From Thraustochytrium aureum (taxonomy: Eukaryota), in contig BLSG01000247.1 in the NCBI GenBank assembly GCA_012862495.1, positions 7,327-53,344 of the forward strand: DNA of 46,018 nucleotides, given 5' to 3'. Positions 34,336 to 46,018 of the stretch are shown here, piece after piece. The position numbers were made by a program, and so were the translations under genes. Positions within the stretch are counted from its first letter, which is position 1. The number at the start of each line of letters is the position of its first letter. Below the pieces are notes generated by a model. It did no database searches, had not been told where the DNA came from, and worked only from the letters and a program-made list of their open reading frames with translations.

Positions 34336-34923
34336 ATGGCCGCGCCGCCGAAGATATGTCACTCAAAGCTCGTTCTGCTGGGTGATACAGCAGTGGGCAA
34401 GTCGTGCCTGGTCGTGCGGTTCGTTCGCGACGAGTTTTTCGAGTTCCAAGAGCCGACGATCGGGGCCGCCTTCCTGACGCAGACCATCACTCTGGACGAT
34501 GCAACGGTAAAGTTTGAGATCTGGGACACCGCAGGCCAAGAGCGGTACCGCAGTCTGGCACCGATGTACTACCGCGGGGCAGCGGCTGCTGTTGTCGTTT
34601 ACGACATCACCAACAAAGACTCGTACGCTGGAGCCAAGTCCTGGGTCAAAGAGCTGCAGCGGCGCGGCGACCCAAACGTTGTCATCGCGCTTGCTGGAAA
34701 CAAGGCCGACAACGACGCCCATCGCGCGGTGGAGACCGAGGAGGTCAAGGCCTATGCGGCAGAGAACGGCCTAGTGTTTATGGAAACGTCGGCCAAGACT
34801 GCCCAAAACGTGCGCGAGCTCTTTGTGGAGATCGCCAACAAGCTTCCGAAAGTCGACCAAGTTGACGACCAGCCCTCGTTCCCCCTCTCTGAAGACGATG
34901 ACCAAAAGCGGGGCTGCTGCTGA
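34336..34923 (+). CDS. RAB5: Rab5 small GTPase
   Basis: [54 protein letters not shown] and a C-terminal GCC*. Confidence 0.96.
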   Translation: MAAPPKICHSKLVLLGDTAVGKSCLVVRFVRDEFFEFQEPTIGAAFLTQTITLDDATVKFEIWDTAGQERYRSLAPMYYRGAAAAVVVYDITNKDSYAGAKSWVKELQRRGDPNVVIALAGNKADNDAHRAVETEEVKAYAAENGLVFMETSAKTAQNVRELFVEIANKLPKVDQVDDQPSFPLSEDDDQKRGCC

Positions 34924-35776
34924 TCTGCAGCGATCCAAGTGAGTAGCGCGGGGAAACCAAAAAACAGATTCAAAAGCAGGCAGAGCCTGGGCTCTCGAGC
35001 TCAAATCGCTGTGGTTTCGGCCTTTGGCGGCCAAGGCGCGTCGTCTTGTCCCTCGTCTCGTTCGTAATCGCGCTTGTCTTGGGCGGGAGTGTGCCGCCAA
35101 CGGCTCGCTCTCTTGGGAGAGACTCTGCAATCTTTTCTGTTTTTCGTTGCCGAGGACGACGAGCGCGGTTGCCCGGGCGTGGAGCAGCCTCTGCACGGCG
35201 TACACGCGGATGCCGCGTGACTTGCCGGAGCCCGCGTTGCCCGTCACGACGGTGAAGCGAGCGTCGGCACTGCCGGCGAGTGAAATCTTTAACGGAGGTG
35301 GTCGCGAGACTCAGGGCTCGCGGCGCTAGCTGAGTCTCGCGACTCACGGCGGGTGATCAGTGGCGGATCTTTCGTCGCCGACGAGCCATCGAGGCTCTGG
35401 ACCGCACTGCGCGAGTCCAGCATGGCAGCAGCATCTCGAACAGCAGCTCCTTGCCCGCGATGGCCGGTCGCAATTCGTGGACCGACTCGTAGCCGTCCTG
35501 TGACCGTCTCGAGAAAGTGCCTTTCTCACAGGGCTGTCTGTCACACGAAAGCACAACCGGGGCAGCAGCGCAGCGCAGGAGCAGCGGCAACACAGCTGCA
35601 AACGCGGGCTCGAAACCGCAGCTGCAGTAGCGGGGGGCGCAGGGAGGGCCCATCTCTCAAGCCGCAAACCGGGGTCAGCTCTCCGATCGCAAGCCGCGCC
35701 GCAGAGCCTCGAGCTGCACTGTTTGGGAGGAGGCGGCGACTCTACGGGTGGCTTCGCTCGCCTGTGCGCGGACGCG

Positions 35777-36297
35777 ATGGGAAGCGCCGCGGAGCAGATC
35801 GCGGGGGCGGCCAAAGAGGCGCAGCGTGACGCAGAGGCAAGTTTCAAGGTCTCGTGCAAGGCGCAGATCAAAATTCTTCTCCACGGAGCCCGGTATCCTT
35901 GGGCTGATGTGAACGGTAAGTCTCAGACTGCGTCGCGAGCCAGATTCGCTAGGATGCAACAGATGGGGGCGCGCTGACAAGAACGCTTCGCGTTGGCCCT
36001 CTTCTGCAGGTGTTCTGATCGGGACCAGCGACAAGGATGGAGTCGTTTCCGTGGACGACGCCATCCCCCTCTTCCACTCAACAATGTTCACTCCAACGCT
36101 CGAAGCAGCCATGATTCTCGCGGAGGAGTACTGCAAGTCTGACCAAACGCCTAAGGGTACGCATATCGTCGGCTGGTTTAACGGGCAAGGGCGCGCCAAC
36201 TTCAACGGCGTCGCGCCGACGGTCGCCCGCATCGCCTCCAAGATCCGGGCCAAGAACACAGAGAGCGCGTCTTTACTAGTGTCGATTGACACGGCCG
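35777..36297 (+). CDS. EMC8: ER membrane protein complex subunit 8/9 (UPF0172); intron 35916-36009; 3' end in gap
   Basis: KILLHGARYPWADVNG|VLIG...VDDAIPLFH...PTLEAAM...IVGWF, with an in-frame GTAAGT...CTGAC...TGCAG intron. Confidence 0.88.
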
Positions 36298-36966
36298 NNN
36301 NNNNNNNNNNNNNNNNNNNNNNNNNNNNNNNNNNNNNNNNNNNNNNNNNNNNNNNNNNNNNNNNNNNNNNNNNNNNNNNNNNNNNNNNNNNNNNNNNNNN
36401 NNNNNNNNNNNNNNNNNNNNNNNNNNNNNNNNNNNNNNNNNNNNNNNNNNNNNNNNNNNNNNNNNNNNNNNNNNNNNNNNNNNNNNNNNNNNNNNNNNNN
36501 NNNNNNNNNNNNNNNNNNNNNNNNNNNNNNNNNNNNNNNNNNNNNNNNNNNNNNNNNNNNNNNNNNNNNNNNNNNNNNNNNNNNNNNNNNNNNNNNNNNN
36601 NNNNNNNNNNNNNNNNNNNNNNNNNNNNNNNNNNNNNNNNNNNNNNNNNNNNNNNNNNNNNNNNNNNNNNNNNNNNNNNNNNNNNNNNNNNNNNNNNNNN
36701 NNNNNNNNNNNNNNNNNNNNNNNNNNNNNNNNNNNNNNNNNNNNNNNNNNNNNNNNNNNNNNNNNNNNNNNNNNNNNNNNNNNNNNNNNNNNNNNNNNNN
36801 NNNNNNNNNNNNNNNNNNNNNNNNNNNNNNNNNNNNNNNNNNNNNNNNNNNNNNNNNNNNNNNNNNNNNNNNNNNNNNNNNNNNNNNNNNNNNNNNNNNN
36901 NNNNNNNNNNNNNNNNNNNNNNNNNNNNNNNNNNNNNNNNNNNNNNNNNNNNNNNNNNNNNNNNNN

Positions 36967-37544
36967 ACGCGCTACACCTGCTGCGCGCTGTTTTGCTTGC
37001 GCATGCTGGACCGCGTCGGGGCCGTCAATTTGCCCGCCGCGGTGGCGTACGTCTGTCGTGCCGCAACGACGCGGACGGAGCGTTTGGGCAAATCCCAAAC
37101 GCCGAGTCGCATGCTGCATTCACCTACACTGCACTAGGAGCGCTCATGGCAGCGGGGCATACGCTTTCGAATGACGAGGCCGACAACCTCGCCTGGTGGC
37201 TCTGCGAACGCCAATGCGACTCGGGAGGCCTCAATGGGCGCCCAGAGAAGCAGGCTGACGTGTGTTACAGCTTCTGGGCTCTAACCTGCCTTAAGATGCT
37301 CAATCGCATCGACTGGATCGACCAGGATGCCTTGCGCGACTTCATCTTGCAGTGCCAGGACCAAGACGCAGGCGGGATTGCTGACCGGCCGGGCAACGTC
37401 AGCGACCTTTTCCACACATTCTTCGGGCTCTGCGGCCTTGAGCTCTTGCACCAGATCAGCTCGGAGGCGCGAATATCTCCTATCTACGCTCTCCCAATGA
37501 GCTGCCTGCCCTTCATGCAGCCGAGCGCGTCGCCTTCGCCTTGA
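36967..37544 (+). CDS. RABGGTB: Rab geranylgeranyltransferase beta subunit (5' half in gap; frameshift at ~37060)
   Basis: [40 protein letters not shown] and GGIADRPG...[12 protein letters not shown]. Confidence 0.92.
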
Positions 37545-38006
37545 CATCTCCGTAACACACGAGCAAAATATACGACCCGGTGCCCTCAAAGTAGGCAGCC
37601 GCTGCTGCAGCCGTGGCACGTACCAGATCCCCAGCCTCGTTCTGTCCTTTCGTTGGGGCGGTTCCTTTGGATCGTTGCAAAGCTCTTCCAGCTGGCACTG
37701 CCTGATGTAGGTACCGTAGTCGCTTTCAGCAGCAAAGACTCCGCTACAGCTTGCCCAACCGTGGCAACCCCAGCACCCGTTCTGGGCTTCTTCTTCTTCA
37801 GCAACTGGTCTTCGTGAAGAAGGCGGGCAAACTGACCGGCCTGAGCTCTGTCTGTGGACGGGCCATTTCAGGCTGAGCACATGGTGGCCTACCAAAATTC
37901 CTTCAAATGAACGACAGATTTTGTTTCGCTTCTGCCACTGTGCCCAGGCTCGAGTCGCTCCCGCTCAGCCCTGTCCGGACGACACAGCGCTCCTGACTTC
38001 GCGAGA

Positions 38007-38858
38007 ATGCTGCAACCCGAACGAGCGGGCTGCGGGCTGTGGCCCGCAGCTTTGCTGCGAAGAGCGTGGCCGCGCGCAGCGTTCACACCGAGGCGAGGAT
38101 TGCCGAACTTGGTAAGTCGAGACGCTGACGAGGTCGGCACCGGCTGCTCGCCTCCCGCTGCTCTCCTTGCGGCGGGCTCGGCGGCGTGGCATGGGAGGGA
38201 GATGGCGGCCACGCGGCACGAAAACGCGGCGGCGCGATGCGCGTTTCTGACAGGGAGGAGCGGGCTCGCTTGTGCAGGATACACCCTTCCGGCCGTCTCG
38301 GCCCCCAAGGGAAGCTACCAGCTCTGTACGTTTGCGCTGCGCAGGCGCTGCAGGCGGTTTTGCCCGACCCCCTCCGCTGACACACAACAGGCACGCGTAC
38401 CGGCAACCTGCTCTTCACGGCTGGCCACCTGCCGACGCCCGCTGGAGGCCAGCTTGTAACCGGGAAAGTTGGCGCGGACCTGAGCGTTGAAGAAGCCAAC
38501 AAAGCTGCGCAGTACTGCGCGCTGAGTATCCTGGCCACACTCAAAGAGGAGCTTGGCGATCTGGACCGCGTCAAGCGCGTTGTCAAAGTTGTGGGCTTTG
38601 TCAACTGCACCGACGGATTCACGCAGCAGCCGCAGGTGATCAATGGAACGTCGGACCTCCTTGGCCAGGTGTTTGGAGATCGCGGCTTGGTAAGTTGGTG
38701 CGATGTGACTCCGAGGTCGGTGGCAAAGACTCGCGAGCTGACGCACCCCTTGTGCTTGCCCCGCTGCTCGCGCACAGCACGCCCGCAGTGCCGTAGGGAC
38801 CAACGCTCTCCCGCTCAACGTGCCTGTGGAAGTAGAGGCCATCGTCGAGGTGGAGTAA
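38007..38858 (+). CDS. RidA/YjgF/YER057c/UK114 family protein with probable mitochondrial presequence; introns 38112-38277, 38326-38390 and 38690-38777; 1-nt frameshift just after ATG
   Basis: Spliced product ...ARIAELG|YTLPAVSAPKGSYQL|CTRTGNLLFTAGHLP...LGDLDRVKRVVKVVGFVN...VINGTSDLL...VFGDRGL|HARSAVG..ALPLNVPVEVEAIVEVE*. All three introns are GT-AG and keep frame. Confidence 0.9.
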
Positions 38859-39326
38859 GAGCAATCCCGTTTGCTTGCCTGACCGAAGCCACGGATTACG
38901 CAGAGTTCCAATGGTGGCGTACAAGCCACGGATAGTCGCAACGCCCGAACACAGATTTTTTTACTTTGAACAAGCTTCGGCCCGTTCTGAGCCCTCTTGA
39001 TTCGCACTAACTAACTTGCGAAGGCATGGTAGATTGAGACCCAATGCATACATGCGCGACTCCGGGCGACTCGCGTTCCTGGTTTCGACTCCATTCCTTT
39101 TCCCACTGCGCCGCACGAAAACGATGCCCTCTCCGAACTGAGCTACGCGACGCAGGAAAGGGGGCTTGGCTCGATGGTCGATGAAGAAAAGCTTGCGCTC
39201 CAGTTCCCAAAAGATATATCTATATTTTTCTTCGTCCAACAACTGGTTCAATGGGTCCTCGACCCCGACAACGCTAAAGAGGATCAAGCTGCCGAGGCTG
39301 TGATCTATGTGTACAAGGGCGCGCTC

Positions 39327-41304
39327 TCAAACCGCAGCCATATGGAGGGGCATAGCACTGGGCGGCTCGCTTTCCGCAGGGCCTCCGTTGTCGCTCTGTG
39401 AGCTTGCTTTTTGCACCGTGACCTGTGCGAGGTCGATTTTGTCCAGCTCCGCGTCCGCGTCGGCCTCCATGCCACGATAGTCCACAGCGTGGTGAAACCC
39501 GTAAAACATGTAGACGAGCGTAGCCAGTGCCACAAACGCAACGACGAGGCCGATCCCGAGCCACGACAGCTGCGAAAAGAGGTACCAGTTGACGAAGATT
39601 GCCACAGACGGCGTGATGGGCACGAGAGGTACCGCAAACGAGTCGTGCGAAGCAGCGAACGAGTGGCGCAGCCCCAGGAAGGCCACAATGCCGACGGAAG
39701 CAACCAATCCAATCACGGCAAAAGCCAAGGCCGCGGGGCTGTTGCTAGGATCCCCCTTGTTGAGCAAAAAGCACGTCACGCCCATCACGGCCACGAGTCC
39801 CCAGGTGGTACCTTGCGCCTCGTGTTTGCTGCGCGTCAGCATGAGACTCGTGTTGGTCAGGATAAAGCTGAAAAGGATCCCGCCGCTGATCAGGTCGTTG
39901 AGGTTTGAGAAGGGGACAAGGGCCGCGATAAGCGTCATCACGATGCCGCTCAGCAGTCCACCCCAGAAGAGCGTCCCGCGCGAGTTGACGCGCGCAAAGA
40001 TTCGAGGCAGGTGGCCGTCTTTGGACATCGCGTAAAAGATGCGGCTCTGCGGGATGTAGGACACGAGCACGACGCTGGGCAGCGCGATGAACACTTCCCC
40101 GACCACGGTGACTTGCTTTGCCCAGCTCGCGCCGACGGCGTCAAACGCCGAGCCGAACCCCTCCGCCTTGCTGATCTGGTCGTAGGGCACCATCCCTGTG
40201 AGCACGATAGAGGCGACAAAGTAAAGGGACGTGATGATGAGGATCGTCAGCAGCACTGCAAGGGGGATGTTGCGCTTGGCGTTTTTCGTCTCGGCAACCA
40301 TGCACGTGACCTCGTCAAAACCGATGAAGGCGAAAAAGGCTGACGTGGCGCCCATCATCACACCGGACACGCCGCCCTCAAAACCTGGGAGCGCAGTTCC
40401 GTTGTGGGCCGTGTTGGGCGGGGGCACGAATGGGGTCAGGTTTTCTGGGTTTGTGTAAACTGCGCCCGTGACGATCACAAACAAGACCAGCAAGACCTTG
40501 AACGCGACGAGGACTGTAACCACTCCCTTTTCCACGTTGGCGCCGTTGAGGATCAGGCCGACCATGAGAGCGCTCAACACCATTGCGGCGGGGTTGAACG
40601 AAGATCCGTTCAACGCGTTGATCCAGCAGTTNNNNNNNNNNNNNNNNNNNNNNNNNNNNNNNNNNNNNNNNNNNNNNNNNNNNNNNNNNNNNNNNNNNNN
40701 NNNNNNNNNNNNNNNNNNNNNNNNNNNNNNNNNNNNNNNNNNNNNNNNNNNNNNNNNNNNNNNNNNNNNNNNNNNNNNNNNNNNNNNNNNNNNNNNNNNN
40801 NNNNNNNNNNNNNNNNNNNNNNNNNNNNNNNNNNNNNNNNNNNNNNNNNNNNNNNNNNNNNNNNNNNNNNNNNNNNNNNNNNNNNNNNNNNNNNNNNNNN
40901 NNNNNNNNNNNAACTCCATACTCGAGAGTGACCAAGAAGCCGGCCACCACGGCCACGCTCTCCCCGAGCCCAAAGCTGGCAAAGCTGTACGTCGAGCCAG
41001 GGCTCATAAGAACTGCAGCGAGCTCGATGTACGCCAGGGCGGTCAAGGCGCAAATGCAGCCTGCTATCAGGAAGCTGATCGCAGTTGCTGGGCCAGCCAT
41101 CGTGGACGCGATTTCCCCGGAGAGGACGAAGATGCCGCTTCCAACGGTCCCGCCGATTCCGATTGCTAGTAGCGACCAGAATCCGAACGTGGGCTGCAGG
41201 TCTTCTTGGACCGCCTCGCGCTCGAACACCCAGAGCGGCTTGCGTCCGATGGCCTTGCCGACCACCCCACCGAACGTGGTTCCAGACGCGCAAAGGCCCC
41301 CCAT
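39327..41304 (-). CDS. APC-superfamily cationic amino acid transporter (CAT-like); internal gap 40632-40911
   Basis: LLAIGIGGTVGSGIFVLSG, AGPATAISFLIAG, GSTYSF, FFAFIGFD, ETKNAKRNIP, RIFYAMSKDG and FAVPLVP, with ~14 hydrophobic segments. Confidence 0.92.
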
Positions 41305-41995
41305 CGCGTCAGGTTTTTTTGACACCAGCCCGTGCTCCCTCCCTGTGGAATCCTACTTGTCGCTTGCTTCTGCAGGCTCTGCTCTGGCGCGTTGTCGTCC
41401 TCACGCCAGCTCGATCAGCTCGATGCGTTGCTCTAGAGCTAGTTTGCGTTGTGGGTTTGGGGACCAGCCAGTGGATGCCGCGGTTGGTCGAGTTCTGAGT
41501 TCAGTCTGCAACACTTGCCCAAGTGCGATTTCGGCGCGTCCCATTCGTAGCGCTGCAGCGACGGAGACGCGAGTGGTTGACTCAGCTCTTCAGGGTCCTG
41601 CGCCGCTGATTGCGCGGAAATCTGTCGGCGTTGCGAAGCGGATTGACTGTCGAGATGGCTGCTGATTCAGCTGTGTGTCCAAATTGTACTCTACGGATTG
41701 CTGAATTCAGGCGGGAGCCTCCGTTTTTTTTCTTCTCGCGGCTTGGGCAAGGCCTAGGGGCCAACAGACTATGGTGGCGGTGTTCGCCGCGCCCAAGTTG
41801 CCCTGGCTGAGCGATTTCGTTGGCGAGCGCAAATTCCTGGGCAGGCTCGCCAATTCCAAGCTGTTTCGAGGACAGACTTGCTGTTTCATGGTTGCAACAA
41901 CACTTTGCGCTTGGTCCCTACCGAACCATCTCGTCGCTGAACTGCCCGTGCTGCGAGGGCTTTCGCCGATGGGGACAGCAGGGCAAGCCTCGACG

Positions 41996-42358
41996 CGCAT
42001 GCATGCAATGACGGATGTATGCATGCAATGACAGATGTATGGATGGATGCAGGCACCGTCCCGGCACCGCCTTCCTTGCAGGATCGATGCACCATCCCGA
42101 CACCGCCTTCCTTGCCCGCTCGATGCACCAACCAAGGAATCGATTGTCGCGCGTTTCAGCAGAATCTCCACTTCAGCGCCTTGTGTCCACAACGGAAACA
42201 AAATGGACTCTTGACTACTATTGACCTGTACTGCTATTCAATCAAACGTACAGAACCACCGCGAAGAACTGTAAGGAACAAAACGAACGGCTCTGTCGAG
42301 GCGCCCGTTACTCACAGTCAGAGCTCGCCGACCAGACCAGACCAGACCAGACCAGACC
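41996..42358. repeat. Simple repeats in a divergent intergenic region: ATGC/ATGG runs, a 35-bp-period duplicate (42066-42130) and (GACCA)n at 42329-42357
   Basis: CACCGCCTTCCTTGCAGGATCGATGCACCA vs CACCGCCTTCCTTGCCCGCTCGATGCACCA; ACCAGACCAGACCAG... Confidence 0.8.
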
Positions 42359-42503
42359 GGAGCCGCGCGGGGCGGGCGAGCGCGGCTTCTGGCGCGCGCA
42401 GGCTGGAGAGGGCCAGCGACCCGTTTTCCCGCAGCGGCGCCTCGCCTCGCAGGCTTGCAGGGCGACGCGGTTGGTGGTCTTCGGTCGTTTTGGGGCACAG
42501 GCG

Positions 42504-45500
42504 ATGGTGACCGCCGGACAGCGACGCGGCAGGACGCACTCGCCGCCGCCGCCGCCGCCGCCGCCACCGCCGCAGCTAGGAGGGAAGAGGAACGGCGGCG
42601 CGGGTGGGCCCGCGCTTTTGGTGCCGGCCAACCTGGAGGAAGACGAGTATGTGAAGCGGCTCGCGGCCAAGATCCAAAAGCAGGCCGTCGAGCTGCTTGA
42701 TCTCCAGGCGGAGCTGGACGAGAAGAAGGAGTACACGACGATCTGTGAGCAGTTTGTGGTTACGTGCGAGCCCACGCAGCCCTTGCCTCTCAGCGCGGAG
42801 CACCTGCACGCTCTGCAGCTGCGCAAGAGCCGCACGCATGACTCGGGACTCGTCAACAAGTCAAGCAGGCACACGCTCACGACGCTTACGCGCCAGTACG
42901 ACTCGGTGTGCAAAAAGCTGCATGAACAGACGGCCAAAACCGAGGACGCCGAGCGCAAGCTCGCAGAGAGCACCGCGTCGCGCGAGATTGCCGAGCGCCG
43001 CATCGCAGCCCTACAGCAAAAGCTGGCCACCGCGCAAGCGCGAATCACAGAGTCGCACCGGGCGTCGCCAGCCAGAGCCCGCTCAGAGGAAGCCCGGGCC
43101 GCCAGCGAGGCTCGGGCTGAAGAGCTGCAGGCGGAGCGAAAGCGCCTCCTCGCCTCGCTTGACGCCGAAACGCGAACCTGCGAGGAGCAGCGCGTCTTCA
43201 TTGACGTCCTTCAGACTGCACTGAAAGCGCGAGCAGAGGAGCTTGGGCTGGACCCGAATCAGATTCTCAGCGCCGAAAAGGCGCGGTTTGATGTTCTTGC
43301 GGCCAAGGCCACGATTGAGCGGCTGCAAACCTCGCACCGCGAGCTGAGAGACCGGGCAGAGGAGCTTGAGGACAAGCTCCGGCTCGAGCGCCTCCGACAC
43401 GAACAAACGCGCTCTCGACTGGCGCTGTTCGAGCCGGAGGCCGGCGAGGGCCACCTTTTGCGGTCGCGCGCATCGAGTTTCGCCTCCGCAACGAGTGGCG
43501 ACCCCGCCGCTTTTCAGCTTGCGAATGGGCGGCGGCGGCGACCCGCGTCGCTTGACGCGGGGGCGGCGCCGGACGACGATGAAGAAGAGGCCGAAAAGGG
43601 CNNNNNNNNNNNNNNNNNNNNNNNNNNNNNNNNNNNNNNNNNNNNNNNNNNNNNNNNNNNNNNNNNNNNNNNNNNNNNNNNNNNNNNNNNNNNNNNNNNN
43701 NNNNNNNNNNNNNNNNNNNNNNNNNNNNNNNNNNNNNNNNNNNNNNNNNNNNNNNNNNNNNNNNNNNNNNNNNNNNNNNNNNNNNNNNNNNNNNNNNNNN
43801 NNNNNNNNNNNNNNNNNNNNNNNNNNNNNNNNNNNACGCTCTGAAGACGCGCCTGGTTCGCCTCAAGCAGGAAAATGACGCTTTGGTAGACTACGTGCGC
43901 GACACCATTGAGCCGCTAAAGTCTGAGAACCGCGAGCTGCAAGAGTCGCTGGACGCCACGGCGAGCGCTCTCGAGGAGGCTCAGAACGAACAGAGCCGAC
44001 TAGCTGACGCGGTGCGCGCTCTGGAGGGAAAAGGCGCAGGTCTCCTCGATGCAGCTGTTGGACAAAAACGTCGAACTAAACGCCGCGTGCGAGGCACGGG
44101 ACGCAAACGCTCACCAAGGCGACCTTGCACAGGCCCGAGTCCGGCAGCTCGAGCTTGAGCGCGCCGCACTCGAGGACGAGCTCGCGGCGCGTGAGCGGCG
44201 CATCGGCGAGCTCGAGGGCGATCTGGAGAGCAAGCAGGTCGCCTACGCGCGCGCGTCTGACGTGGAGCAACAGCTGCACGACACGCAAAGCGCATTGCGG
44301 ACTGAGCGGCGCGAGCTTGTGGTCGTTGAGGAGCGCCGCAGCGCTCTCGAGGCCGAGGTGAAAATGCTGCAAGCACGGCTCGGGGACGCGAACGAAAAGC
44401 TTGTCCGCGAAGAAACCGCGCGCGGCGTCGCGGAGCACGATGCCAAGTCGTCGCAGTTGCGCCTGGCTGAGCTCCGAGAGCAGCTCGAGCAAGCGCGCGC
44501 AGCCCGGACGAAACTGCCCACAAGCTCGAGCGCGCCACGGAGCAGCTCGCCCCATCTTTTCGTCAAGCAGCGTACGACCATGGTTGAGCGCGCGATCGCA
44601 AAGTACTGGGCAGAGGGCTCCACGCCAGAAAGCAGTCTTGCTCACTTGCAGGAGGTACTTCAAAAGGTGTCGTCGATCGCCATCAGGGAAGCAGAGTCGC
44701 CCGCGGGGGCAGGCGGCAGCAGCAGCAGCAGCAGCGCGCATGGCGGCGCCTCCGTGATGAACTCGCTCGAGGCGCTGATGCCAAACCTGAACGGACTCTT
44801 GTTCTCCGCAAAGTCGCAAATCGCGCGAGCCTTCTCTACGGAGGCGCGCCTGCGGGCCGAGCTCGAGGCAGCCGAGAAGCGGTTTGAGGTCGAAAAGCGC
44901 CTCCTCCACGATGAGATTCACTCGCTTCGGAACAAATTCGACGAGCTCGATAGGCTGCGCGAGGAGCAGGACAGGCTCGCGCGCGAGTCGAGCGCCATCC
45001 ACGGCGCACGTGGCGCAAGCGGGAGCGACGGTGCAGAGGCGTCGAACGTACGGGCTCGCTCGCCGGCGGAGGACGGCGACCTCGCTCGCCTTCGGCAACG
45101 GTACGCAGCGTTAGAGGCCAAGTACATGGCCATGGAAGACCAGGTCGCAGAGGCGCGGCGCCGGCCTGACGTCTCAGAGGACGCGCGCGAGTTTTCCCGG
45201 GCGACGCTGCGCAACGTGCAAGACCGCCTCGACCAGGCGACTGGGCAAGCAGAACAGATTAGCTCCCTCAAGCAGGACCTAGATAAGGCGACGCGGCTTG
45301 TCCGCGAGCACGAGGCGCTTGCGCGACAGCTCGAGGAACAGCTGGCGGAGTCAGAGGAGCAGCTGCACCAGCTGCTGTATGACGCCGACCTGTCGAAACG
45401 ACTTTGCAACGCGACAGTCAAGGGCATTATGGTCCGCTACCGCGGCTCTCACCTGGCGGTGCAGGCGTTTTTCGCCGAGAAGGTGCCCCGACTGGGCGAC

Positions 45501-46018
45501 TCTGTCGAGGAGTGCGTGACGCCGCTGTGCGAGCTGGTGGAATCGATCCTGGAGCACGACACCAAGGTGATAGCCACCGAGGCGCACCGACTCGCGGCAG
45601 CCCGACCTTTACACAGGGGCGGGCGCTCCCTGGTCGGGCGCGAGAGGGCGCGTGGGGGCGGCGGGGTTGCTGCGGATGCACGGATCGAGCAGCTCAACTC
45701 TTCGCTTGCGCGGGCGCAGCGCGCCGTCGATGAGACGCGTCGAAGGCTTGAGCATGAGGTTGCGGTGGCCGGAGCGCATCGTCGCGACGAGCTCGTGGGT
45801 GGCGAGGCCGAGGACGACGTCGAGCTGGAGGAGCAGGGGTACTCGTCCGGAGACGGCAGGTCGCTCGGCACGGAAGAAGTTGTTGCCAGTAGGTACCATG
45901 AGCGCCACGGGCGCTCTCGCAGCTTGGTGCGCGCCCAGTCGCCCGCCAAGGTGCGCGTATACCGCGACGGCTCCATTCAAGTCTCCACTTTCGACGACGG
46001 CGAGGGGGACGAGCTGCC
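42504..46018 (+). CDS. Long coiled-coil protein (3'-truncated by window end; gap 43602-43835; frameshifts at ~44030-44130)
   Basis: Poly-Pro N-terminus, then heptad-rich E/R/L/A/Q helices. A stop-free frame runs from ~44130 (QARVRQLELERAALEDEL...) to the window end and is absent from the ORF track because it has no stop. Confidence 0.7.

Larger units (their letters stand above)
2730..43835. other. 14 scaffold N-gaps (approx. 2730-3171, 4139-4704, 6339-6553, 11551-12195, 14867-15136, 19506-20316, 22699-23603, 24861-25064, 26859-27131, 30477-31146, 33310-33562, 36298-36966, 40632-40911, 43602-43835)
   Basis: Runs of N in the sequence. Confidence 0.98.

Noticed and set aside
36051..37544. EMC8/9-RabGGT-beta fusion ORF (497 aa in the track)
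   Set aside because: The ORF reads through 669 N, and RABGGTB enters in a different frame. These are two known separate genes.

Overview
This is a gene-dense, GC-rich eukaryotic draft scaffold with short GT-AG introns and 14 N-gaps. A protist such as a thraustochytrid-like stramenopile is my guess, but the window does not prove it. About 20 protein-coding genes are recognisable. In order they are: a multi-SNARE/DysF protein, MOCS1A/Cnx2, a dPGM-like histidine phosphatase, CTF18, a pseudo-receiver/TPR/EF-hand/2x cNMP protein, a hypothetical protein, an RCC1-repeat/NCS2-like permease fusion, RMD1/RMND1, UPRT, a membrane J-protein, YIPF6, an Alba/Rpp25-like protein, a membrane-anchored S8 subtilase, a METTL21-like methyltransferase, an SCL/SRSF10-like splicing factor, Rab5, EMC8/9, RabGGT-beta, a RidA-family protein, a CAT-type amino-acid transporter and a long coiled-coil protein. 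Many genes carry small frameshifts, mostly one missing base and often in homopolymers, which most likely are sequencing errors. The most striking observation is at 1-1355. One reading frame, after a single 1-nt correction, joins a syntaxin-17-like Qa SNARE with its glycine-zipper hairpin, a DysF domain and SNAP-25/29-like Qb and Qc motifs, a possible 'all-in-one' Q-SNARE. Two other unusual domain fusions are present, as is a TGACG-rich motif cluster in two divergent promoters. I saw no rRNA, tRNA, CRISPR array or transposase. All family calls come from motif recognition by eye, not from database searches.
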